This document shows positions 52,701-64,000 of a stretch of 64,000 nt of DNA, in pieces. Source of the stretch: Auanema rhodensis. Taxonomy: Eukaryota; Animalia; Nematoda. The stretch is taken from contig OZ059897.1 of the NCBI GenBank assembly GCA_964057225.1, positions 15,810,001-15,874,000 on the forward strand, written 5' to 3'. The position numbers and the translations under genes were made by a program. Within the stretch, counting starts at the first letter, position 1, and every line of letters begins with the position of its first letter. The notes below the pieces were generated by a model that saw only the letters and a list, made by a program, of their open reading frames with translations, ran no database searches and had not been told where the DNA came from.

Positions 52701-55700
52701 ACTGGTTCAATACAATTTCGTTGTGGTTCACCATTACCTACAGCAAAGAAATTCGTTTCGTCAGTTTGTCCTCTACTGGAGTTAGCATCAGAGCTAGGCA
52801 TACCTAATATTATTAGCCGTCCAGAAATGGTAATTTAATTGTGCAGTTCTTTTTAAAGTTGCTTTCTTCTAGAACAAAAGGCCTTTAACACCACCCTCCA
52901 TATCACGTTCAGCATCCCTCAGTGCTCTCTTTTATGAAGTATGTTATGTTGCAATAATTATTTATTATTTCTCGTTGTAGACAACTAAACATCGAAATGG
53001 ACTTCGCGATCGAACATACTCAGTTCCCCAGAAATTAGATAAACTTAATGAAGAGGACTGTCCATACTATGAATTGAATATTTTATTCCCTTCTTTGGAG
53101 CAGGTGAATGGTATCAGCACCGAGGATCTTAAAGAAGCCTACAACTCTGATGAATCTACGGATAATTCTATGAGTAGTTGTTCAAGTTCGGATGAATCAA
53201 ACGGAGAAGATAATGTAGGTCCTAATTTATTTTCCTATTATAATATTTTTTTAAAGGAAATCGAAAGTTCTGAAAGCGTCCCCCGAAGCGCTATGTTCTA
53301 CAACACTGATGCAGATACCGTTGCCGCGGTTTCTAAATCGTTGGCAAAGATTAATAGGCGTTTTTCAAATATGAGTTGTGATGGCGAATCACATCTAATT
53401 GGAGGGGCTAATAAAGATAAAGAAGACAATGCTGATTTAGCACAATCCTCTGCCAGCCCTATATCATCTGAGGATAGAATGAGCTATCAATCCCTGGAGG
53501 AACAGGTAGAGGCGATTAACGCTTCACTTGAGGACGAAACGGAGGAGCATCTTAATTTTGTTGAAGCTTCTAAAGCTAACGAAGATGGCGCTTTTTCTAA
53601 TTGTGTTGACGGAAATTCTGAATGCTACGACGACGAAGATGTTTCGGACCGAGATTACCCTGTGCGCAATGAAGAATACGATGCCGAATATGACAGTGAT
53701 AGTTCTGAATATTCGGCCTGCTCTTATGATTCTGAAGACAGTGATCGTATAATTCGATATAATTATCAACTTTCCAATTCTAACGACAATGAAAATGATA
53801 AGGAAACTGAAGAAGGTTCCAATGAAGCGGATGCCGATTCGCAGTCCTCTGAAGATGAAGTATCTCGCCTGCGAAATTATTTGTTTGGACTTATTTCTGA
53901 CGAAGATTCGGGTTCTGATAGATGTGAGACACCTCCACTTCCTAAAATTTCTTGTGAGAATGGACAGAATATCTCGCAAACAAAATACCAGAGTAACTTT
54001 GAGGTATGTTCATGTAGTTGATGTAAGATTACTAAAATATTTTAGACCGCTAACAATCCATCCCAATTCAAATCTCAGACCCCACCACTACAAGATTCTA
54101 TGAAATCACAATCGCCTTCTTTTGAAAATGTAACGGATGAAGAGAAGTTCAGCTCTTCAGGATGTTCTGGAGCAGATTCAGAGAAAGATTCTGAGGTCAC
54201 CCATAGTCCAAGCGAGAATATTCCACCCTTTGACTATGATTCACAATATTCTGATAGTTCAATTGAAGAGTATTTGGAACAGGTTTTTATCTTGTTTATA
54301 CTAATTTTACTAATTGTTTTTTTAGAATGTAAGACCTGAAAGGTCAGGAACTCCATGCAAAAGCTCTGTTTCTCCTAAACATGATGATGAAAGGCTCCCT
54401 ACTCCTAGCTATCTTGATGAGCTTTATGAGCATGAATTGGCTAGTATTTCTTACGAGCACTACTCTTATCATGGAAAATATCGAGACCTAGAAGGAGTAG
54501 AATCTCCGGAAGAAGACTTTGTTCTGGAAGAACTCAAAGGTGCTTTTCAAGAAGTGGATTCTGATGATGAAGTTGACGGATGTTCTCCTCTCTCTTACAA
54601 TGTAAGAGAATCTCTTTGTGAAATCGGGGATGATGATGTATTTGAGCAAAAACAACTTGATAATACTGTCTCAAACTGCCAAACATTCAATCAGGACGAA
54701 GATAGCTTCCATCGCAGCCCTGAAAATATTTTGAGTTTGAATGACACTCTTGATATGCGAGAAGACAGCCAATTGGATAGCCCCCAGAACGATTCTGATG
54801 ATTCAGCTCAAGAAGATGGAATAGAAGAATCTTCAAGCTCAGAAAGCGGTGATGATCTTAGTGAGGATGAACATGAAGACTATGAAGATGAGGAAGGTGA
54901 TTTAGAAGAAGATCTTCCATATCGGGAATATAGGGATCGCACCGAAAAAGATGTTATTTGGGTAACAATACCTGGGCCTCCATGCACGCCTCCAGGAACA
55001 CCACCTCGCTGGTCGCCTACTGCTGATAGTGAAGTTTGCTTACCACCGAACTGTGAGGATGAACTGAATGATTCTGATTATGAGGTTGAATACGATTACC
55101 CGCTTGTTCAAGACCCAACCCAACTTTCGACGCTCAATGACTATGAAGATGAGTGCCAGGAATATGAAGATCGTGTTGATGACCCATGCACTTATTCTCC
55201 TAGTGAATCGAGTTTGCATACTGATGAAACCAAGTGTATGGAAGAAGACTATTCTCCTATTCAGGATCAGGAGCAATGCTCGCAATATGCGGATACCACA
55301 TTGGATCACAATAAACTAAGTGAATGCCTTGAGGAAGAATTGGAGACCATGGATGACTATGTTCATCATTTACAACCCCGTTCTCCTGATGAAGGTCCAG
55401 CATCTCCTGATTACGAGCCAGAATATCTTGACGAAGATTACCAACATCCGCTCACAATTGACTATGCACAGCTCTCCCCAGAAGAGGATGGACAATATAG
55501 CAGCGATGATTACATTGAAGAAGACGTTGTCATACAAGATGATGGCTTACAGTACTTCGAAGAAGAGCCTGTGCAAGATGAGTGGGAGTTTCGAGAAGAA
55601 GGAACACCGCCACTTCCAGATGATAGTCGTAGAATTTATGATGTGGCTACTCCACCTTATGATCCTGAATATATTTTGAATTCGTCATTTAATCTTAGCC

Positions 55701-56924
55701 CCACTTCTTGTAGTGAAGATGATGAAAACGAGGTAAACTAATTATTTTATTATATATACATATATATATATATTAGTTTTTTAAGGACTTTTTGTCGTCA
55801 GGTTCAACTTCTGCTTCAGTATCTGGATCTGAAGAAGTTTCGGATTCTGAATCCGATTCTGAATCTGATTCTGAATCTGATTCTGAATCTGCTTCTATGG
55901 ATGAAAATTACTATTGTGAAACTCCTCCAATGCGCGAATCACGGTCACCTTCACCTCACCATGCGAACGAGATTGAAGCAATTTACATGCCACCTGACGA
56001 ACTATTGGTAAACTATAAAATTAATATTTTGTATCTATCTTTTATTTCAGAATCAATCTGCTTCCGTTAGTCCTGATATGGGTATAACAAACCAGAATCC
56101 GTCACCTCTACAATCACCTAAATTGGCCGTTCGTGAATCAATATTCCATCCAAAAAGTACTTCGACTGATGAGATGGATGATGAAGTTGCATCTTCGAAA
56201 TCGTATATTCAACAAGTCCTATCGTCCATAAGATCGCCTCCCCAAGAAGAACCTGCTCCAGTCTCATCACTTAGATCAAGTTTTGAGGTAAATTGTAACT
56301 GTTACTATTAATCGTAACAATTTGAATTTTAGCAGGGTTCACTATCTAACCGCAACTCATCACCAACTCGAGAGGATTCTACTCCAGCCTTTGCAACATC
56401 ACGGACGTCTTTTGAGGTATTAAATCAGTTAATAACTTTTCCTATTCACGTTTTTGTGTTTATAGGAACGCTTGAAAATGTTGCATTCAAAGGAAAAGAA
56501 GACTGATGTGAGGTTCAGTTTGGATTTAAGCAAGATTGGAAGTTCACCTTCATCAAGTTCACCTTTATTCTCATCTGTTGGAAAGGAGTCTTCATTGTTA
56601 TCCAATAACAGCTCTTGTAATCCATTAAGGATAGAGATACCACCGGTTAACTACACTGTTGGATCTCCTGCTAACTTCTCTCCAAGAGTAAAATAGTAAT
56701 TACAAAATTTTCATAATTGTTTAATTTCAGCGTTCACTTCTCACTACAAAACCTCTTTCATCTCCTGTACAACTATCCATACCTGATCAAAAGTCTCCGC
56801 TCCTGTCTGCTCCTCCACAACCTCCGCTCTTGCCGCCTCTCCCAAGTCGGTCTGATGTCGTGGCATTGAAATCACCTCCAGTAACTCCACATTTGTTCAC
56901 GGGGCAGCATGCAACATCAAGTAA

Positions 56925-56969
<45 letters not shown>

Positions 56970-59900
56970 TTTATCGACTAAATTGATATGTTTTAGATCG
57001 CGAAAATTTAGAACCAAACAAGTCATTTGTTGCTTCAAAACCTACTTCAAGCACCGAAAGAGAAAGGCTATCATCTATTGGAAGTATACCACGACACGAA
57101 TCATTATTTGCATCAAAATCACCTTCTCTTCCTCTGCCGATGCGGTCAAATTCAATGTCTGAAATGAAGAAAACGTCGAGGGTAATTTTTTTACAGAAAA
57201 TCAGCAATCAATTTTCTCCTTTTGAAGGATCATATTGATTTCCTGGCTAAAGGCAGTGATTCGGACGCGAGAAAGTTGTCATCTAATGAGAAGAAATCTA
57301 CTAGTTCAAACTTGTCAAGTGACAAGCTTTATAAGAACAAAGACGTTGAAAAAGATGGCAAGAAGTCTAAAGATCATAAACTGGTTTGTTACATCTTTTG
57401 ATATGTGATTAGTATATACGGTATTTAGCGTCAGAAGGAAGATGGCTCATATGAAACTAAAGAGGAAAGAGCTAACAGGAAAGAGATGGAGCGAACTAGA
57501 AAGGAAGAAAAACGAAAAGAGCTGAAAAAAGAGAAAAAGGTATATTTTTTAGTATCTGAATTTCATTGGGGAAAATGTTACAATATTAGGCTAAGGAGGA
57601 GAAGAAACGCAAAAAGGATGAAAAAGACAAGAAGAAAAAATCTCGAGAAAGGGAGCGTGAACGAGAACGTGACAAAGAAGGCGATAAGAAAAACAAGAGA
57701 AAGAAGAAGCAAAAGCATAGTAATGAAGATGAGACCGATGGCACGGATAGTGAACCAGATACATTCAAGGTATTTTATAGAATTTGTTTTGGTTCTAAAT
57801 TAACATTTAGTCTTGGCCGAAAAAGGCAAATTCATCTTCTGTGCAAGATATACTAATAGGAGGTTCTATGTATGATCGTGTTAAACGTCGCAGCAACGCT
57901 GCCGTTAGAGATGATGTCAAGAAGAGCGCATTGGAAGCTTTGAGAGAAAAGAACAAGAAGGGGGTATGTATCCATGTTAATTAAAGGTTTTAATGAATCA
58001 CGGTTTTTAGCGCAAAATTGTACGCGTCGAATCGTCGGATGAAGATGACTCGCAAGTTCATGATTCTGATGACTCTGATGATGAAGAGACCAATGAATTC
58101 TCTCGAAACGTTGATATCAACAGCAGTGATGAGAATGAGGATGATTCGTTAAATATTACAAAATCAGCAAAGCAAAGGAGGGAATCAAAGACGTATAATT
58201 CATCGGATAGCGATTCTGGCAGTGATTCGGAGATTAAATCTAAAGTAGAACTGAAACAACAAAAGAAGACTGTAAGTTTTTAATGGCATTTACCTTATTA
58301 TTAATTATCTCATTTCAGAGAATTAACATGGAGAATGATGAGAGCACTGATGAAGATCGTGATAATAAGTCTAAAGTTCACGAAGAAGATAATGCTACTG
58401 GTGACTATGAGTCTATTTTCGGCTCAGATGAAGTTATGCTTAGTACAAATGATATAACTGCTGAAGAAAAATCCCGTAAACGGAGCGCTATTGACGGTTA
58501 CTATTATATTTTAATAAAATCATATTATCAATGGTTTTTTAGATCACATGGATGCGAAAAGGAAGCGTAAAAATTCTGGTTCGTCTTGCATATCTTCTGA
58601 GTCTGACGATTCTAACAAACGTGCAAACTCAAAGCGAGATAGCCTTGGGAATGAAACAGATGAGATGCATCACGAGGAGGAATCAGTTTCTAACTTGGTT
58701 AGACAATTTTAATTTACCAAAATTTATTGTTTTTTTTTACAGGATCTTACTCCACCAGCTCGTGCTGAGACTGAAATTAAACCTCGTTTGATAACTAAGG
58801 CTGCTATGAAAGTTTTTGAGACCCCATCAACTTCCACTCATAACGCAAAGGTTTGTTTTCGCTTTTACAAGTTGCATCCTGAGGTTGCTTATTATGTTGT
58901 TCTGTTTGTACGTTTTGACTGTGTGTTGTTATTTAGCCAAGTTCGGACGAATCCGATAACTCTGATGATTCATCAGCCACTGATCATCTGTATGGAGATC
59001 GAAGAAGTGCTTCACCTACTAGTAGTCACCTATCTGAAGAATCGGAGAATGAATCACAAATGAGCACTCGCTCTAAGCATTCTACGTATATGCCACAAGC
59101 ATTTGAACCTGTACTTCCTAATACTCCTGTTGATTTTGCGAATATGGATATTACTATATCAGCTGAAAAGCCGAATAAATCTCCTGAAGAAATGGACACA
59201 TCCAACCAAATTGATGCTGCTCTTGAGGATCCCAACGAAGCTAGAGCAGCTGCTGCCCAAATACAAGAGTTGAATGAAAGTCAAGAATCGCATGGTTCTG
59301 ATGAGATATTCAACTTACGACCTTCCGCAGAAATCGAACAAAATTGCTCGGATACCCCTGAAGCTATAGATCTATCAGAACTGGCTACTGATCACGAAGA
59401 TGAACAGGTATGAAATGTAGCATGTTTGATGTTGTGATTGAGTTGGATTTTCATTTTTTCTTCGGTATTGTCTTTTTATTTTCCTGTTTTTAGGAAACAC
59501 AACATGCTGTGCAGGGTATCTTTGATGATTATGAAGAAGAACAAGAACCACAGTATCCTTCTCATGATTTTATTAAAGTAAATCCGATTATTCCACCGAA
59601 GGCTGTTGAGGTAATATTCACCTTTTTTAATGTCATGAGACTATATTTCAGCTTCACCAACCAAGTTGTTCTTTCGTAGCAGATGAAAATGAGTCCAAGA
59701 TGGATGCAGATATGAACGATGGCTCGTTAGCTGATGTTCCTTCATCTGCCGAAGCTGACATACCTACCGACCCATCTTGTATTAAGGACGATATGCCAGA
59801 GGAAGAATTAAAAACAACAGAATCTGAGAGTATAGTCTCAGCTGATCAAGACACAATTGATATTTACGCGGAATCTCCTGCGATGGTCATTGCCAATGAT

Positions 59901-61564
59901 ACAGATATTTCAACATCTCCGGCCATAATGTCACCTGAGCCTGAATCCGATTCTTGTAGTAGAGTCAGTTTCTTTCAGACTGATTCTTCTCCTAACATAT
60001 CTCAACCGGTGGCAGCTTTGCCGGGAACGAATTCATCTGCTGTCGCGTCTTCACAGGCTGATTCTATTTTGCTCCAAGATATGATTAGCAATCAACAGTC
60101 ACATACTACATCCAACCAATGCATGATAACAGCGACTAAAGAAGAAGAACCTTCTGTTCAACAAATCGTACGATCTCAATCTCCCGTACAACAACGTGCC
60201 GTGACTCCTCCGAAACCTACCCGTGAAACATTAGCAGAAACAACTCTCACATCTCAGCATTTACCTGTTATTCAACAGCCAAATTCTGTGGTGAAACAAA
60301 CCAGCGTTGTTCAAGCAGTAACAACTGCAGCTGGCTCTCCAGTCGCAGCTCTTGTACCTACCAGTAGGGTGGAAATTAAAACGTCTGAAACTGCTTCGAA
60401 ATCTGAAAAGCCTGCCTCTTCCGCTACAAAGGTTCAAGAGAATAAAGCTGTACCAGCAACGAAATCATTATCTGCGAAGTCAGGTTCCAAACCTACTTTC
60501 TATAAACCTGAGGAAATTAGGATAATTCTTACCGATGTTAGAGCTCCTGGTGCAAGAAAGGCTCAATTAGCGCAACAGCAAGCACAACAACAGGCTAAAT
60601 TTACTGATTCGAAGGTTGAACCGTCCACAAGTGATGTGTCGCCATCTACAATTGATACTCATGTATCACAAAAAGGAGAAGTGCGATCTACTCAATCTGA
60701 CGAAGTGCGATCAAGTCAATCTACTCCAGCTCAGTCGAATACTGGACCAACTGTTGTTAGTACATCTGTAGTTCAGCAGCAACCGCTTGATCAGAAACTT
60801 CTTCAACAGCATAGGCAACTTCTTACTCCTGTTTCAACTACCAGCACTACTTCAGTTGTATCACAATTGCCTTATTTGCATCAAAGTGATCCAACAACCT
60901 CTCAACCAAATCAGCTACGTGCTCCTGTTTCTCAACAGCCGAGTTCAGTAACACCAACGTCTACGTCATCCCAACGGTTGATGCCGCAAACGCAACTACA
61001 AAACACATTCCCAGTTCATGCACCAACATCATCCGCTCAAAGAACTGTACCCTCTCAACAAATTCAACAACAGGTGTGAAGTTCTTGATAAATTCATTCA
61101 ATCATATTCCCGTTTTTCAGCAACAAATTCAATCACAACATCTGCTCTTACAAATTTTGGACAGTGCTCGCAAGGGTCAAACACCAGGAATTCAAAGTGG
61201 AATTCAACAACATACTGTCTCATCTTATCATAATGAAATTGCGACAAATTTACTTGAAGTTTTGATCTCGGTACTCAAGCAGATGCATCCTCAACGTAAT
61301 TTTTTTTGTAATTCCGGTATATTATATATATTTTTTTTAGTTCAAATGTCACAACAACCTGCGATTCAACAGTTAATGGGAAAGTATTACCTTTTCCAAG
61401 TAAATTGACCTTATAATTCTCTTAAATGCTAATCTTTTTTAGAACGGTACCGTATCTATTCATGAAGTTATAGCCCCGATTCAAACAATCGCTAATAACA
61501 TTCCATATCCATATTCATCTCAAATACTCCAAAGATGTCAAATATTCCAACATCAACTTCATTC

Positions 61565-61619
<55 letters not shown>

Positions 61620-62045
61620 AGTATCCCGACTACTCCTGCACTTATTCAGGGTCAACAACAACAACAAACACAACAACAGCAAAGGCAACAACAGGTAATG
61701 TTTTTCTTTTAGAAATTTTCTGTGATCTTCATTTTGTATGAAGCTTGTCAACATTTAAGACACAGGGTTAAATTCTCATGATGTGTATTTCAGAGTTCGC
61801 CTGCCGTTCCTCATCTACCTCAACAAGCAGTGCCTTCTTCGAATGCGGGTGATGTACAAGCCGTTCCCTCCCTTATTGGAGCACCTACCGTAACCACTCA
61901 GATTTCTGGCGGGACTCCAGCTCCAAATGTTACTGGAGCTGGTCCTGTTGTGCCATCTAGTGATAAAGTCTACACACCTTCACAAAACCAACAACCACAG
62001 CAACAATCACTATCTCTTGATGCCGTGTTGAGGGATGATTTGCCC
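46772..62045 (+). CDS. din-1: SPEN/SHARP ortholog DIN-1 long isoform (RRMs, acidic and low-complexity regions, RID-like motif, polyQ); continues beyond the window, SPOC domain not present
   Basis: MPRESRHVLVSGLPDNL...IIEFFSRYGRVQ matches SPEN RRM1 (MVRETRHLWVGNLPEN...IIEHFKRYGRVE). Degenerate RRM2-like exon 47982-48203 and RRM4-like exons ~49326-49670; SMYDRVKRRS spen motif ~57865; ETQHAVQGIF RID-like motif at 59494. The last exon seen ends at 62045 (CCC|GTAAGT). Confidence 0.85.
55839..55890 (+). repeat. 12-bp coding tandem repeat encoding (SDSE)x4
   Basis: GATTCTGAATC[C/T] repeated four times in a din-1 exon. Confidence 0.9.
56927..56966. repeat. (AT)n microsatellite in a din-1 intron
   Basis: About 20 AT units directly after the GTAAGC donor. 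Confidence 0.95.
61566..61618 (+). repeat. (CAA/CAG)n polyglutamine-coding tract in din-1
   Basis: CAA run followed by CAG/CAA codons in a Q-rich exon. Confidence 0.9.
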
Positions 62046-62958
62046 GTAAGTTTCGATGTGTTTACTATTTTGTTTGTGTGCCTGCAACTCCTCCATGTGC
62101 CGGGGTGCAGGCTGGCACCGCGAACGCCGTTTTCACTTCATCTTTTGGTTGTCTTGTGTCTCTCTCGTTCTCAAGCGATCAGGCTGCTGGGACAGCAGCA
62201 GCCCTGTCCTTCCCTCCCCCAGGCCGATTGCCCCCTCTCTCTTTTTCTTTCTCATCTCACTTCATCGTGTTCTCTCTCTCCTCCCCACATTGCACGTTCG
62301 TGTTTGTTGAGGGGGCCGCTTCGCAACCGCTCGCGCTCTGTCCTTTCTTTCAGGACATAGTAAGTACCAGCCAGCCAGCCGCATTGACTGTCTCACTTTT
62401 CTCTTATCCTCTCCAATACTAAACTGTTCTCTCATTCGATTAACTCGTCGTCAGCGCGCTCCGTCCGGCGTATAGTGCCTCTCTATCGTCTTTGCCCCAC
62501 TCGTTCTATAGATTCTCTTCATTGCTACATAGTTAGAGCTTGGTTTTTGGTTCAAACGACAGACACGCAGAATTCTCAGGTTGTCTGACTATCAGCTCCT
62601 CCCAGCCAACTATTTGTTGGCCGTTTAGAACGCTGTCCATATTTTGCATCAGCAGCATAGTCTCCCGGCGTGGGACATGATTCGTCTCAAGTAAACCACA
62701 TCTACCTCACCTTTACCTCCAACTACCTCAACTCATCTACCTCATTTGCTGTCCTCACTGGACTAAGCAGGTTTTCTTTTTTCCCTGTACAAATATCGTC
62801 CTTAGGAACTTATTCGTATATCCCAGTTTTCCTCTGTGCTTATAGCTGGTAACTATATTCTTATTACCTTTTGCTGTATCAAACGGATATTCTGTGAACT
62901 ACCTCTACTTATTCGCCTCCATTCGAGATCTCTTACGCAAATTCTTTTATTTTCTTTT
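62046..62958 (+). promoter_or_regulatory. Putative internal promoter/5' region within a din-1 intron
   Basis: Unusually long, GC- and CT-tract-rich interval, unlike the ~45-nt AT-rich introns of the rest of the gene; similar in composition to the 46.3-46.6 kb promoter. Confidence 0.55.
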
Positions 62959-64000
62959 ATGAGCTCTAGCGGAATTCCTATTGATTCGACCAAACGTGCT
63001 CGAAAGTCATCTGAACCTCAGAGAATTGTCTTGAATCCTATAAAATCTCCTTCTACGATGAACTCTAACAATACTCCGTTTTCCTCACTCGGTGATATTT
63101 CATTGGCACAGCTGCAAGCAGCTATCAACGGAGCTTCTGCATCCAACGGTGCCGCTCAAACTACGGATCAAACCATGATCTTTAACCTGGCCAGTGCCAT
63201 TGCTATGAACAGTTTTCTAACTTTGCCAAATCCTAATAACCCTCTCATTGCGAATGTGGCTAAAATGATTCTAAGTTTGAATGTTCTTAATCAGCAAAAT
63301 GATTTGCTTGGAAGCAACAATCGTACTGATCCTTCTCAGTTAGGCAGTGCATTGATGTCGCCAATGCTCCTTCAGCAGTATGCTTCCACAATTGGAAGAG
63401 GCCAACCTTCGCAATCTGCAGCTGCATCTACTCCACAGCAAGCACTGCCGACGTCACAACCGACTTCACTAGGCTCTTTCCAACAACCACTGAAGAATTC
63501 ATCGGAGAACCAGCGCAAGCGATCGCTCGGAAACGAGCACACAGCTCTAGATACTAGCGCAAAGCGGGTCTTTGGCGAAACTGGCGCTGGAGCTGTAGAT
63601 AATCAGCCGGCTGTGCCGGTATCCAAAGACGACATCGAGAATTCACTTATTCGAATTCTTAATGAAGAGATTTATAACATATATGATGAGACTTTAAAAT
63701 CGGAACCCCAAGATCCGCCATCATCTCCTGGACAAGCTGCATTGATATCTGAAAGCAGACAGAGTAGTGGCTCCGATAGTAAAGGAGTATGCCGGTCAAC
63801 TCCTAATGAAGAAATTCCTATCGAATCAATGAGTCTTTTTGAAATTCTTGATTTACTCACTAGTGAAACTTCCGCAGATATTAGCTCATCAGGATCTGCT
63901 TTCCGGAAAGTTTCCAGCAAATCTGAAATTGGTTCTATTGCTAGTAGTTCATCGGATTCATCTCAGTGGGGGAATACTATCTCTCCTCCAAACAGCTCTC
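62959..64000 (+). CDS. din-1: Long ORF (>347 aa, open to the window end): probable unique first exon of a short DIN-1S-like isoform
   Basis: ATG AGC TCT AGC GGA at 62959 with no in-frame stop to 64000. KRARK and RKRS..KR basic motifs; LIRIL (63646-63660) and LFEIL(DLL) (63835-63858). Confidence 0.65.
   Translation, partial: MSSSGIPIDSTKRARKSSEPQRIVLNPIKSPSTMNSNNTPFSSLGDISLAQLQAAINGASASNGAAQTTDQTMIFNLASAIAMNSFLTLPNPNNPLIANVAKMILSLNVLNQQNDLLGSNNRTDPSQLGSALMSPMLLQQYASTIGRGQPSQSAAASTPQQALPTSQPTSLGSFQQPLKNSSENQRKRSLGNEHTALDTSAKRVFGETGAGAVDNQPAVPVSKDDIENSLIRILNEEIYNIYDETLKSEPQDPPSSPGQAALISESRQSSGSDSKGVCRSTPNEEIPIESMSLFEILDLLTSETSADISSSGSAFRKVSSKSEIGSIASSSSDSSQWGNTISPPNSS

Noticed and set aside
51503-55309. 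Antisense ORFs (63-151 aa) opposite din-1 acidic exons
   Set aside because: Shadow ORFs produced by low-complexity GAT/GAA codons on the coding strand.
14866-62045. capg-1, set-4, din-1/SPEN and gld-3 as a dosage-compensation or sex-determination gene cluster
   Set aside because: The thematic link is attractive, but the genes are interspersed with unrelated housekeeping genes, in mixed orientation and with no operon-like spacing; most are simply from one ancestral linkage group.
61830-62422. Overlapping 84-176 aa ORFs running into the GC-rich region
   Set aside because: Only 61794-62045 is exon (strong GTAAGT donor); the remainder is read-through into GC-rich regulatory DNA.
1-64000. piRNA (CTGTTTCA motif) cluster, telomeric TTAGGC arrays, CRISPR, tRNA/rRNA genes, intact transposons, operons
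   Set aside because: Only isolated motif matches were seen, with no arrays, terminal repeats or transposase/RT motifs; co-oriented genes are >0.7 kb apart. This was a by-eye scan, so small ncRNAs could be missed.

Overview
AT-rich, gene-dense eukaryotic genomic DNA from a rhabditid (clade V-like) nematode, with very short (~37-60 nt) GT-AG introns. The species cannot be determined from the sequence, and most ORF-track entries are exon fragments. Gene order: 3' two-thirds of unc-53/Navigator (+; 5' CH-domain exons lie upstream of the window), condensin CAP-G capg-1 (-), gld-3-like KH protein (+), MPP6 exosome cofactor (-), qdpr-1 (-), dnj-17/DNAJC21 (+), an SLC17/MFS transporter (-), histidine ammonia-lyase haly-1 (-), set-4/SUV4-20 (-), arp-1 (+), two small orphan spliced genes (+), and a very large din-1/SPEN gene (+) that runs off the window end. 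Three observations stand out. (1) A GC-rich internal promoter-like region in a din-1 intron is followed by a >347-codon ORF missing from the ORF track; it has its own ATG and two LxxIL motifs and looks like the first exon of a DIN-1S-type DAF-12 corepressor isoform. (2) This din-1 carries a huge acidic expansion and has no recognisable RRM3. (3) A phase-compatible alternative first exon could give a short unc-53 isoform. No prokaryotic-type systems, CRISPR arrays, rRNA/tRNA genes or intact transposons were recognised. Gene identities come from remembered family motifs, not database searches.
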